A stretch of 64,000 nt of DNA from Pseudobdellovibrionaceae bacterium (GTDB taxonomy: Bacteria > Bdellovibrionota > Bdellovibrionia > Bdellovibrionales > JAGQZY01): positions 221,318 through 285,317 of the forward strand of contig JACKAL010000001.1 in NCBI GenBank assembly GCA_020635085.1, written 5' to 3'. Shown here piece after piece: positions 26,469 through 34,457 of this stretch. Position 1 is the first letter of the stretch. Each line of letters begins with the position of its first letter. The notes under the pieces were generated by a model, which was given only the letters and a program-made list of their open reading frames with translations, was not told where the DNA came from and made no database searches. Both the position numbers and the translations under genes were made by a program.

Positions 26469-27863
26469 ATGAGAATATTTTGGAAGGTGCATCAGTTAAC
26501 GCCAAATATTGCCAGTATCCGCTATCGATGTTTGATTCCTATTTTTGAATCACTACAAAAAACTCCCTCGCATCGACATTTTGTTCGTGATGTTTCATGT
26601 TTTGATATATCTTCTGACACCATAGATATTGCTGTTTTCGTTAAAACAACGCGGCCACAAGATCTTCTCTTGGCCAAAGAATTGAAAAAAAAAGGCATCC
26701 CCATTGTCTTTGATACCTGTGACAACCTGTTTGTGGAACATAAAGACGAGGATGTTCGCGCGGTTTTCATGGAGATGCTTAAGGCGGCGGATAAAGTTAC
26801 CGTTCCAACGCAAACTTTAAAGAATGCTCTTCTCGATTCGCAGATGGGTTTGTTACCTGAAAATATTATAGTAATTCCTGACCCTATTGAGAACTTACAA
26901 CATATTGAGTGGGCCAAGCAATACGCCCAATACAGAATGTTTAAAGACATACTGGCGGAAAAAAATCTAAAACGCTTGAGTCAATTTCTCTTTCATTATT
27001 TGGCAAGAGGGATTTTTGCTTTACTAAAAGGTCTTTTTCATTTGTATCTTAAAATGATTCTCTTCTTTTTTCCGAAATCGTTAAAAGAAGAGATAGAGAA
27101 TAAATCGTATTTAGAAATAAATGAGATTTTTCCTGTTTGGCTTCGCTTGTTGTGCTTTCCTTATGTGATACCGTTCTTATTACTGCGCTTGGTGAGTCTG
27201 GGAAAAATACAAATTCCTTATAAGTACCGCTATCGACTTCTCGCTAGAATCATTGCCGATTCCGAGCCAGTCTCAATAGAGAAAGAGCGGATAGTTAGCT
27301 CCACAAACGAGCCTACGCGGTCAGTAGATCGAATAAACTTATTGTGGTTTGGTAATGCGGGCACTTTTGGTACCTTTGGTATGTCCGATATTCTTCTTAT
27401 AAAGGATGAGCTTGAGGTCTTAAACCAAGAGCAACCCATAACTCTGACCATTATTAGTAATGATTATCGACAATTTTTAAAAATTCAAAGCCAGGTGTCT
27501 TTTGCTTGTTATTATATTCCATGGACTCTCGAGATTGTTTATAAAATGGCGCCTCAGTTTACTTGTGCCATTCTGCCGAACCCTCTCAATGAGTTTTCTA
27601 AGGGTAAATCGGCCAATCGCTCGTTATTATGTTTAAGTATGGGATTGCCAGTTGTTGCAACCCTAACCCCAGAGCTGGAGAAGCTATCTACGTGTGTATC
27701 TTTTGATTTATGGAGAGAATCTATTTTACGTTATGCTCAAGATTCTGCTTTTAAGCAAAATCATCTTCAAAACTATCAAGTAATTTTTAAACAGTCGCCC
27801 CATAACCCGTACAATGTATGGATAAAATGGCAAGATTTATTGCAATCTTTAATAAATTCTTAA
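26469..27863 (+). CDS. hypothetical protein, GT-B-like halves split by a hydrophobic insert
   Basis: N-terminal IAVFVKTT..AKELKKKGIPIVFDTCDNLF and C-terminal LLCLSMGLPVVAT look GT1/GT4-like. Residues ~175-265 contain two strongly hydrophobic segments. Confidence 0.45.
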   Translation: MRIFWKVHQLTPNIASIRYRCLIPIFESLQKTPSHRHFVRDVSCFDISSDTIDIAVFVKTTRPQDLLLAKELKKKGIPIVFDTCDNLFVEHKDEDVRAVFMEMLKAADKVTVPTQTLKNALLDSQMGLLPENIIVIPDPIENLQHIEWAKQYAQYRMFKDILAEKNLKRLSQFLFHYLARGIFALLKGLFHLYLKMILFFFPKSLKEEIENKSYLEINEIFPVWLRLLCFPYVIPFLLLRLVSLGKIQIPYKYRYRLLARIIADSEPVSIEKERIVSSTNEPTRSVDRINLLWFGNAGTFGTFGMSDILLIKDELEVLNQEQPITLTIISNDYRQFLKIQSQVSFACYYIPWTLEIVYKMAPQFTCAILPNPLNEFSKGKSANRSLLCLSMGLPVVATLTPELEKLSTCVSFDLWRESILRYAQDSAFKQNHLQNYQVIFKQSPHNPYNVWIKWQDLLQSLINS

Positions 27864-27891
27864 TTGTAAGCCAGACCTAGAGCCACAGGTG

Positions 27892-27920
27892 TTGACCCAC
27901 TTGCAATATTCTTAAATAAT
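27892..27920 (+). promoter_or_regulatory. sigma70-like promoter candidate for the downstream membrane-protein gene
   Basis: TTGACC (27892-27897), 17-nt spacer, AATAAT (27915-27920), about 45 nt upstream of ATG 27967. Confidence 0.35.
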
Positions 27921-27966
27921 CGAATGATATCAAGTAAATATCAAGAAGTATAAAGGATGTGCATCT

Positions 27967-29271
27967 ATGAACCCAACAACATTACAGCTTCTCGGCACCA
28001 TTACATTTGGATTGGCCGTACTTCATACATTTTGTGTGAGCTACTTTAAAAAAATAGCCCACCATTATCCCGAGGGATCCATAGGCGAAAATTTTTTCCA
28101 TTTACTGAGCGAAGTGGAGGCCGTCTTTGGAATCTGGTCGGCATTTTTTTTAGTTGGCTATTCATTGTTAGAAGGTTTTGCACAGTACAATGAAGAACAT
28201 CATGTGATAGGTGGGGCGCTTCATTACCTTGAAGCACAAAACTTTACGGAGCCAGCCTTTGTTTTTGTGATTATGTGTATGGCCAGTACGCGTCCTGTGA
28301 TTTTACTTGCAGAAAAAGCTATTATGCTGGTGAGTCGTCTTCTGCCACTGCCAAGAAAAAGCGCCTTTTATTGTGCGGCATTGTTTGGCGGGCCTCTTCT
28401 GGGCTCGTTTATCACTGAGCCTGCGGCCATGACTGTAACGGCCATGATTCTTTTGGATTATTTTTACTCCAAAAAAATGAGCAAAAGATTTATGTATGCA
28501 ACAGTGGGCTTACTATTTGTAAACGTATCTATCGGCGGAACGCTTACCCATTTTGCTGCCCCTCCTGTTTTAATGGTCGCTGGTAAATACCATTGGGGCA
28601 TGATGCACATGTTTCAGCACTTTGGTATTAAGGCGATGATTGCCATTATTATATCTACAGGTGTGACGGCATTTGTTTTTCGAGAAGAATTAAAGGGTGA
28701 TCTGAAGGTTGGAGAAAAACATACCAATACATTAATGCCTACATGGTGGATGTACCTGATCCATGTGTTATTCCTTGCCGGCGTTGTGGCGACAGCTCAC
28801 CATATGGTCTTTTTTATGGGACTTTTCTTATTTTTCTTAGGATTTGTGGCAGTAACAACCGAGTACCAAGACGAGGTGAAGCTCAAAGAATCACTTCTTG
28901 TGGCTTTTTTCTTAAGTGGTCTTATAGTTCTCGGTGGAATGCAGGCATGGTGGCTGCAAGACGTGTTAACTGCTATGGGAGATATAGCCCTTTATTTTGG
29001 TGCGACAGCGCTTACGGCCATAACAGACAATGCGGCACTAACTTATCTGGGATCACTTGTAGAGCTTTCTGAATCGGCTAAATTTAATCTTGTTGCGGGT
29101 GCGGTAACAGGCGGCGGTCTTACTGTAATTGCCAATGCACCAAACCCTGCTGGTTATGGGATTTTAAAGGGGCATTTTGAAGATGGAGATATCAATCCCC
29201 TTTATTTGTTTGTAGGGGCCCTATTTCCTACGCTTGTAGCTATTTGCTGCTTTATGCTTTTTCCCGCCTAG
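27967..29271 (+). CDS. polytopic membrane protein, possibly DUF1504/putative Na+/H+ antiporter family
   Basis: 434 aa with about 12 hydrophobic segments. The N-terminus LGTITFGLAVLHTF resembles my recollection of that family. Weak assignment. Confidence 0.45.
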   Translation: MNPTTLQLLGTITFGLAVLHTFCVSYFKKIAHHYPEGSIGENFFHLLSEVEAVFGIWSAFFLVGYSLLEGFAQYNEEHHVIGGALHYLEAQNFTEPAFVFVIMCMASTRPVILLAEKAIMLVSRLLPLPRKSAFYCAALFGGPLLGSFITEPAAMTVTAMILLDYFYSKKMSKRFMYATVGLLFVNVSIGGTLTHFAAPPVLMVAGKYHWGMMHMFQHFGIKAMIAIIISTGVTAFVFREELKGDLKVGEKHTNTLMPTWWMYLIHVLFLAGVVATAHHMVFFMGLFLFFLGFVAVTTEYQDEVKLKESLLVAFFLSGLIVLGGMQAWWLQDVLTAMGDIALYFGATALTAITDNAALTYLGSLVELSESAKFNLVAGAVTGGGLTVIANAPNPAGYGILKGHFEDGDINPLYLFVGALFPTLVAICCFMLFPA

Positions 29272-29320
29272 GGCTTTAAAGTTATTGACGATTTTTAGCT
29301 ATATAGTTTCGCAACTCAGC

Positions 29321-29354
29321 AAGGTGATTACTGTGTAATCACCTTTTTCTTTTG
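29321..29354 (+). terminator. Rho-independent terminator
   Basis: 11-bp stem AAGGTGATTAC (29321-29331) / GTAATCACCTT (29335-29345), 3-nt loop, then TTTTTCTTTT. Confidence 0.72.
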
Positions 29355-29417
29355 TATCTTGCCTCTCACGGTTCCTATTGTTAGCGTATGGGAAAGATTG
29401 TCTTTGAGGAGGCTACT

Positions 29418-29942
29418 ATGAGATTTCTACATTTGATTGCTATTTTATTATTTATCAGCGCATGTTCCCATGGACAGGCACCGTCAGAGACATCGGGCCA
29501 GGAGCAAACGGCATCGTGCAATTGTGCGGAGCATGATAAAGATCACGAGCATCATGACTGCTCCAGTTGTGCCGCCCACGGTGCGTGTAAAGAATGCAAC
29601 CACGACAAAAAAGAGCGTCACTGTTGTGGAGAAAGTTGTGCGGAGAAGAAAGACGACAAAGCGATGTGCACAGCTGGCTCTGAGCTATCCAACAATCCCC
29701 GTATTTTAAAAAATATTTCGCCCGAGGCTTTTGCTCAAGCGTATGAGAAAAACAAAGAAACGCTAGGTAAAAAATGTTCTATCCCGGCCACTAAATATTG
29801 CGGCAAAACCACTAAAGATCTAATGGTTACAGAAGCTGAAGTGAGCTGTCTTTGGAAAAAAGTTTTTCGCGTCACTCGTGAACAATTGCCAGAGCTAGAC
29901 AATACACCTTGCGCTAAGCTCATTAAGAAAATGGCAAAATAA
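29418..29942 (+). CDS. Cys/His-rich lipoprotein, putative metal-binding
   Basis: GAGGAGG RBS 6 nt upstream of ATG 29418. MRFLHLIAILLFISAC carries a lipobox. The mature N-terminal 70 aa contain about 11 Cys and 8 His (CNCAEHDKDHEHHDCSSCAAHGACKECNHDKKERHCC). Confidence 0.7.
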   Translation: MRFLHLIAILLFISACSHGQAPSETSGQEQTASCNCAEHDKDHEHHDCSSCAAHGACKECNHDKKERHCCGESCAEKKDDKAMCTAGSELSNNPRILKNISPEAFAQAYEKNKETLGKKCSIPATKYCGKTTKDLMVTEAEVSCLWKKVFRVTREQLPELDNTPCAKLIKKMAK

Positions 29943-29960
29943 ATAAATCCATTCTGAACA

Positions 29961-30056
29961 CGCCCGTCATCTTGATCCCATCCGTCATCCTGAGCGAAGC
30001 GAAGGATCTTGGCGGCTCATGAAGGAAGAGATCCTTCGCTTCGCTCAGGATGACGG
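29961..30056. repeat. large perfect palindrome (28-bp arms, 19-nt spacer) with a partial extra arm copy
   Basis: CCGTCATCCTGAGCGAAGCGAAGGATCT (29982-30009) is the exact reverse complement of 30029-30056. CGCCCGTCATC (29961-29971) can also pair with 30050-30060. It lies between convergent genes. Confidence 0.9.
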
Positions 30057-30120
30057 GCGTGCTCAGAGCCACGGGCGTGCTTAGAGCCACGGGCGTGCTT
30101 AGAACCACGGGTGGGCTCAC
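30055..30120. repeat. 18-bp tandem repeat, about 3.6 copies
   Basis: GGGCGTGCTCAGAGCCAC / GGGCGTGCTTAGAGCCAC / GGGCGTGCTTAGAACCAC / GGGTGGGCTCAC, directly abutting the palindrome. Confidence 0.9.
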
Positions 30121-30182
30121 TACGATGGATGCGCTTAGAATTCACGGATATTCTCTGTTTAGTACAACGAGCAGTAAGCGAT

Positions 30183-31790
30183 TTAAAGCGTAAGCTTTTC
30201 CAGTTGTGGGCCTTGGATAGCGACAACACTGGATTTTGGAAGTTGTCCCGGGCCGTCTGGCCACGTGCTCGTTGGCGCAGAGGGATCTTTTGTTAAGGCG
30301 CCAGGGTGTTGGACAGAGAGGAACAGGGTTTTCGAATCACTTGAGAAAGTCGGTCCGGTAAATTCAGCATCGCACGGGGCGCTGGCAACGCGGTAAATAC
30401 CACCCGCATAGGGGCCTTTGAGTGGTATATAGAATAGACTATTATTACCAAAACCTGGGTATTTTCCATCGCGCATGTCGTACTCCGCCATGTCAGATGT
30501 CATCCACAAATTGCCTTTGCCATCAAACACCATGTTGTCGGGACAAGCAAATCCACTTTCCATGCCCCCGCTCATGAGCGTAGAGGCTTTAAAGGTGAGG
30601 GACTCGTGGTCGCCGCTGTCTTCTTCAATTTTAAGAAGTGATCCATACAGATTGCCTTGATCAATATTGTTGGTGAGAGCCACAACGATGGCTCCAGTGA
30701 TTGGATCAATCTCCACATCTTCTGGGCGGTCTTGTGCTGTCCCGCCGACAAGCTCAGCTGCGTAGCTCGCATAAATTAAAACTTCTAACTGCGAGTTAAA
30801 ATGTTTTTTCAGTATGGGATTTGTCGCATAATCGAGAGCAATCCATTGTCCCTTGTCGGTATTGGCGACATACAAAGTCCCTTTGTCCAAATTTTTTCCT
30901 GAATCCGAAACAAACTTAAAAATGCCTCCGCCGCGACGGTCTTCACCCATGTAGACCACGACTTTCCCTGATTTACCTGTAGTAACGGTAGCACTTTCAT
31001 GTTCGAAACGACCCAGCGTGATCAGTTTTGTCGCGTGCCCAGTGAATGGCTCCACTTCGACCACCCAACCATAGTGTTCGGGCGGGTGGTTAAAGTGTTC
31101 ATACCAATTCATTTTCTTTTGCGGCACAAATTGGCGCTTTTTATTTATATAGGTGGAGTTACCATAGTAGATATCGTAGTTTTCTTCACAGGTCAGGATG
31201 GTTTTCCACGGTGTGTATCCACCACTACAGTTGGTGACCATACCATATGCAGAGGTTGCGTTCATAATACGCGTATTTTTTTGAAACGGAATTTTTGTTT
31301 GTGCAGTAATACGGCGATTGTATTTGGAATTGGGAACGTACGACCATTTGCCATTGCGCTTGATGATTTCCACCAATGAGCCACCAATTTCCAATTGTTC
31401 TAAGCTCATTTCCGCTTTTGTGCGCGGAGAATTCATTTTGCGATTATGAATAAGTACTGGGTGCATATATTCGTGGTTCACCCAGAGGAGGGCATTTGTT
31501 CCATCCGTATTTAAAGGAATAAAGCACAAAAAATCGTTATTGGTGCCAAATTTATCTTTAGTATTGAGGGGATCTCGCCAGCGGATGAGCACATCTGCGG
31601 TAAAGCCGTCCGCTGTTATAAAGTTATCCTCTGTGGTTGTTGGAAGTGGATGAAAGGGCACTGCCATTGATGTAGAAAGATGGGAGCAGGCTGTCTCGAG
31701 AAGAGCACCACTAAGTGCTACGCCGGCAGAAACACGTCCCATGAAATCTAAAAACTCTCTTCGACTACTAAATTTGTACAGCGGTTTCAC
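30183..31790 (-). CDS. phoX: Tat-exported PhoX-family (DUF839) phosphatase
   Basis: Twin-arginine motif SRREFLDF. WVNHEYM, NCSGGYTPWKTILTCEEN, LGRFEHESA and RPEDVEIDP are typical of PhoX. Confidence 0.85.
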   Translation of the reverse strand: MKPLYKFSSRREFLDFMGRVSAGVALSGALLETACSHLSTSMAVPFHPLPTTTEDNFITADGFTADVLIRWRDPLNTKDKFGTNNDFLCFIPLNTDGTNALLWVNHEYMHPVLIHNRKMNSPRTKAEMSLEQLEIGGSLVEIIKRNGKWSYVPNSKYNRRITAQTKIPFQKNTRIMNATSAYGMVTNCSGGYTPWKTILTCEENYDIYYGNSTYINKKRQFVPQKKMNWYEHFNHPPEHYGWVVEVEPFTGHATKLITLGRFEHESATVTTGKSGKVVVYMGEDRRGGGIFKFVSDSGKNLDKGTLYVANTDKGQWIALDYATNPILKKHFNSQLEVLIYASYAAELVGGTAQDRPEDVEIDPITGAIVVALTNNIDQGNLYGSLLKIEEDSGDHESLTFKASTLMSGGMESGFACPDNMVFDGKGNLWMTSDMAEYDMRDGKYPGFGNNSLFYIPLKGPYAGGIYRVASAPCDAEFTGPTFSSDSKTLFLSVQHPGALTKDPSAPTSTWPDGPGQLPKSSVVAIQGPQLEKLTL

Positions 31791-32112
31791 GTGTAATAAA
31801 AGATAACAAAAGTCGAAATAGGCAGCAAGTTAGCATTTGGTTTTATAGCGACGTTGGTGGCCCTTTTGCAAGGACCTACCTGTCTTCGTGTCTCAAAAGA
31901 GTCCGTAGATAGATTGAGATAGCCCCAAATTGGCGCTATAAAATTTGGGGTTTTTCGTCAAAGGCTTAAACGATCTCGCAATAGGTACAGTCTAGTCCTG
32001 TTATTTTTGATCTAAAGTCTTAAGATGATCGTCTTAAGACGAAAATCATAAAAATCTTATTAATTCATCCGATTTTTTAAGGGTACGGGCATTTAAGAAA
32101 AAGGAGACGACT

Positions 32113-33078
32113 ATGAAGGCAGTTAAGTTTTTACCAATAAGTTTAGCGGTGACCGCATTGGCTTTTAGCAATGTGTCTTACGCTGATTCAGATGAAGTGA
32201 TGGGTGAGCTGATGGAAGTGGAGCAAGCAATTGCCGATTCTGAAGCCGCCAAAACAGAGGCCGCAGAGATGGCGCAAAGAGCCGCAAAAGAGAAGAAAGA
32301 ATCACAATCCATGCGCGATAAAGCAAGCGTTGAAATGAAGAGAGCTCAACGCGAAGAAGAACGCGCACGTGATAGAATTGCATTAAATGAAAAGAAAATT
32401 TTAGCAGCTCAAGATGAAATCGAAAAATCTAAAAAAGATATGGAAGATTCAAAGGAGCTTGTCGACAAGATGAAGTTGGAGATGGAAAAATCTCAAGCCG
32501 ATCTTGAAAATATCAATAAAGAAGTAGCTCGCTATCGTGATTTACGTAAAGAAGCTTTGCTAGAAAAAGAAAATGTTAAAAAAGACTATAAAAAAGCTTT
32601 AGGAAAAGTGGACGAGCTTCGTAAAAGTGAGCGTGCTGCCCTTAAAGACTTACAAAGAGCGGAAGCCGAGCTTGTCAATGTACGCGAAAAAGCGAAACAG
32701 GCCTATGCAGAAGGAAACAAAGACAGCCGCGAGTATATTCGTATCATCGATGAACATCGTGAGTCAGTAAAACGCATTGCCAAAAAATTAGATGAGCTCG
32801 AAGTGGAAATCGAAGTGGATAAAGCTTACGAAGAGAAAAAAGAGCGTAAGCAAGTAGCTGTCCAAAGAAATCGTACATTAGCGAGCTTAAAAATAGGCAA
32901 GTTTGCAAAAATTACGTCACCAGCTTGTAATATCCGTAGCTTTCCGTCGTCGGATTCAAAAGTAATTGGAACTTATAAGCTTGGTCGAAAAGTGCATGTA
33001 AAAATCCATGATAAATCTTGGTATACAACCGTATACAATGGAGAAAAAGTTTTCATGGGATCTGGTTGTTTCGAATAA
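32113..33078 (+). CDS. secreted coiled-coil protein with C-terminal bacterial SH3 domain
   Basis: AGGAG RBS and signal peptide (VTALAFSNVSYA). About 220 aa are E/K/A-rich with heptad-like spacing. The C-terminal AKITSPACNIRSFPSSDSKVIGTYKLGRKVHV is SH3_3-like. Confidence 0.75.
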   Translation: MKAVKFLPISLAVTALAFSNVSYADSDEVMGELMEVEQAIADSEAAKTEAAEMAQRAAKEKKESQSMRDKASVEMKRAQREEERARDRIALNEKKILAAQDEIEKSKKDMEDSKELVDKMKLEMEKSQADLENINKEVARYRDLRKEALLEKENVKKDYKKALGKVDELRKSERAALKDLQRAEAELVNVREKAKQAYAEGNKDSREYIRIIDEHRESVKRIAKKLDELEVEIEVDKAYEEKKERKQVAVQRNRTLASLKIGKFAKITSPACNIRSFPSSDSKVIGTYKLGRKVHVKIHDKSWYTTVYNGEKVFMGSGCFE

Positions 33079-33111
33079 TGTTTTAAGTACCTTCATAGAA
33101 CGCTCTAAAAG

Positions 33112-33150
33112 GCAGAAAGGGTCGATGAAAATCGGCCCTTTCTGCTTTTT
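33112..33150 (+). terminator. Rho-independent terminator
   Basis: GCAGAAAGGG (33112-33121) / CCCTTTCTGC (33136-33145) followed by TTTTT. Confidence 0.72.
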
Positions 33151-33437
33151 AATCACGTTTCGCTCGATCCTCGTGATCGAGCGATCATTATTTTCTCTCA
33201 AAAACATCAAACGTCTTTGATTAAAGTCCTCCTGGTCACGATGACCAGGAGGCACCCATACGCCATTTCGGGACCTTAACAGGCCATAACTAATTTACAT
33301 TTTATTTTAAAAAAATAGATTTTTTGCAGACGAATAGTTAGAAATCTGTCGAACGGAACCTAATTTATAAACTATTATAGAAAATGAATAAAAGATTAGA
33401 AACCTTGTTGTTTTTAATCAAAAAATAGGAGAAAACA

Positions 33438-34370
33438 ATGAAAATATTACTTGGACTGATACTTTTAATGTCGACAAGTTCTCAAGCAAGTATGTCTTAT
33501 CAGATTGATGACGTCGAATTACTCGGTCAATATAAGCTAAAGAAGGCAGACAAAAATTCTCAGTATCAAACGGCATCATTATCCTGGGATAATTATGGAA
33601 GTCTTATTTTATCTTTGAACGATGGTGAGCAAGAATTTGATCTAGATAGTCCAGATAAAAATGGAGTAATGAGAGACTCGGAAGAAGAATACGAATGCGA
33701 AGATGCTTCTTGTGGCGGAATCGCCCATGTCAAGGTAACTTTACAAGAGTCCAAGAATACAGCAAATGAGGTAGTTCCAGCTGTGCTTGTAGAGATTACG
33801 GAGAGTTGGCCTGCAGATGAAACTTCAGATGACGGAGAAATAACTTTTGAAGACACGACAGTTAAGTATTCTTTTGTCTGGGACAACAATAAGAAGGATT
33901 ATAAAGTATCTCCGGTGCGCATCACTGATGTTGCTCAAAATTTTCTGAGTTTAAACAAAAATTGTGAAGCTGTAGTCAAAAGTGTACCGCTATCCATTTA
34001 TTCCCTACATATTTGCGGTTCAACATCGGCATATGTGTTTGATGGATCTACAGCTAAGCAGTTGCCTAAAATTCTGAAAATAAAATCAGGTGTTTCTTCA
34101 GCAAATGAATTATCTGTAGATGAAATTGGAAAAACTTTTTTTGTATCTCTTCGCAAAAATGTAATTGCATACGCATTAGAGCGTAAAAAAACCGAAGAAG
34201 ACATTAAGGATCTTTTAGGTCAGTTGGATACCTATCTAGAGTTTTTCAAGCAAAGTGCGGGTAATGGCAACAAAATTTATTCTACAAATACTAACGCGTA
34301 CACTTACTTTTTCTTTGTTGATGAATCTGCGAAAAAGGTAAATATTTTAAAATTCTATGACATGAACTAA
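33438..34370 (+). CDS. secreted hypothetical protein
   Basis: AGGAG RBS and signal peptide MKILLGLILLMSTSSQA. 310 aa with no recognised motif. Confidence 0.6.
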   Translation: MKILLGLILLMSTSSQASMSYQIDDVELLGQYKLKKADKNSQYQTASLSWDNYGSLILSLNDGEQEFDLDSPDKNGVMRDSEEEYECEDASCGGIAHVKVTLQESKNTANEVVPAVLVEITESWPADETSDDGEITFEDTTVKYSFVWDNNKKDYKVSPVRITDVAQNFLSLNKNCEAVVKSVPLSIYSLHICGSTSAYVFDGSTAKQLPKILKIKSGVSSANELSVDEIGKTFFVSLRKNVIAYALERKKTEEDIKDLLGQLDTYLEFFKQSAGNGNKIYSTNTNAYTYFFFVDESAKKVNILKFYDMN

Positions 34371-34420
34371 GACGAGTTTTTGTTAAATTTAATGAACATT
34401 ATTTTTTGTGATTATAATAT

Positions 34421-34451
34421 AATAAGAGGGCAAAAATTTTGCCCTCTTATT
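34421..34451. terminator. bidirectional Rho-independent terminator between convergent genes
   Basis: AATAAGAGGGC (34421-34431) / GCCCTCTTATT (34441-34451) with an A5T4 loop. The arms are A/T-rich on both strands. Confidence 0.75.
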
Positions 34452-34457
34452 AGTTAA

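Noticed and set aside
26685-26693. A9 tract in the GT-B-like gene (KELKKKG)
   Set aside because: Runs of 9 A/T are expected about 2-3 times by chance in 64 kb at this base composition. The tract encodes an ordinary Lys-Lys-Lys. I have noted it only, and it is not evidence of phase variation by itself.
29437-29709. 90-aa Arg-rich alternative frame inside the Cys/His-rich lipoprotein gene
   Set aside because: The lipoprotein frame has a GAGGAGG RBS and a canonical lipobox signal. The alternative frame has neither.
30055-30120. Possible CRISPR array
   Set aside because: The 18-bp units are directly adjacent with no spacers. There are only ~3.6 copies, and no cas genes are in the window. It is a plain tandem repeat.
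29923-30229. Two small ORFs (65 and 70 aa) with repetitive peptides (PVALSTPVALST; ARGSKHARGSKH; VILSEAKDL; PERSEGS)
   Set aside because: They are simply translations of the palindrome and the 18-bp tandem repeat. They are mutually overlapping in different frames, lack an RBS and lie between two convergent genes.
31880-31897. Pho-box-like direct repeat CTGTCTT-N4-TCTCAAA near phoX
   Set aside because: The second half-site matches only 4/7. The orientation is wrong for the - strand phoX promoter, and the site is too far (>200 nt) from the + strand gene.
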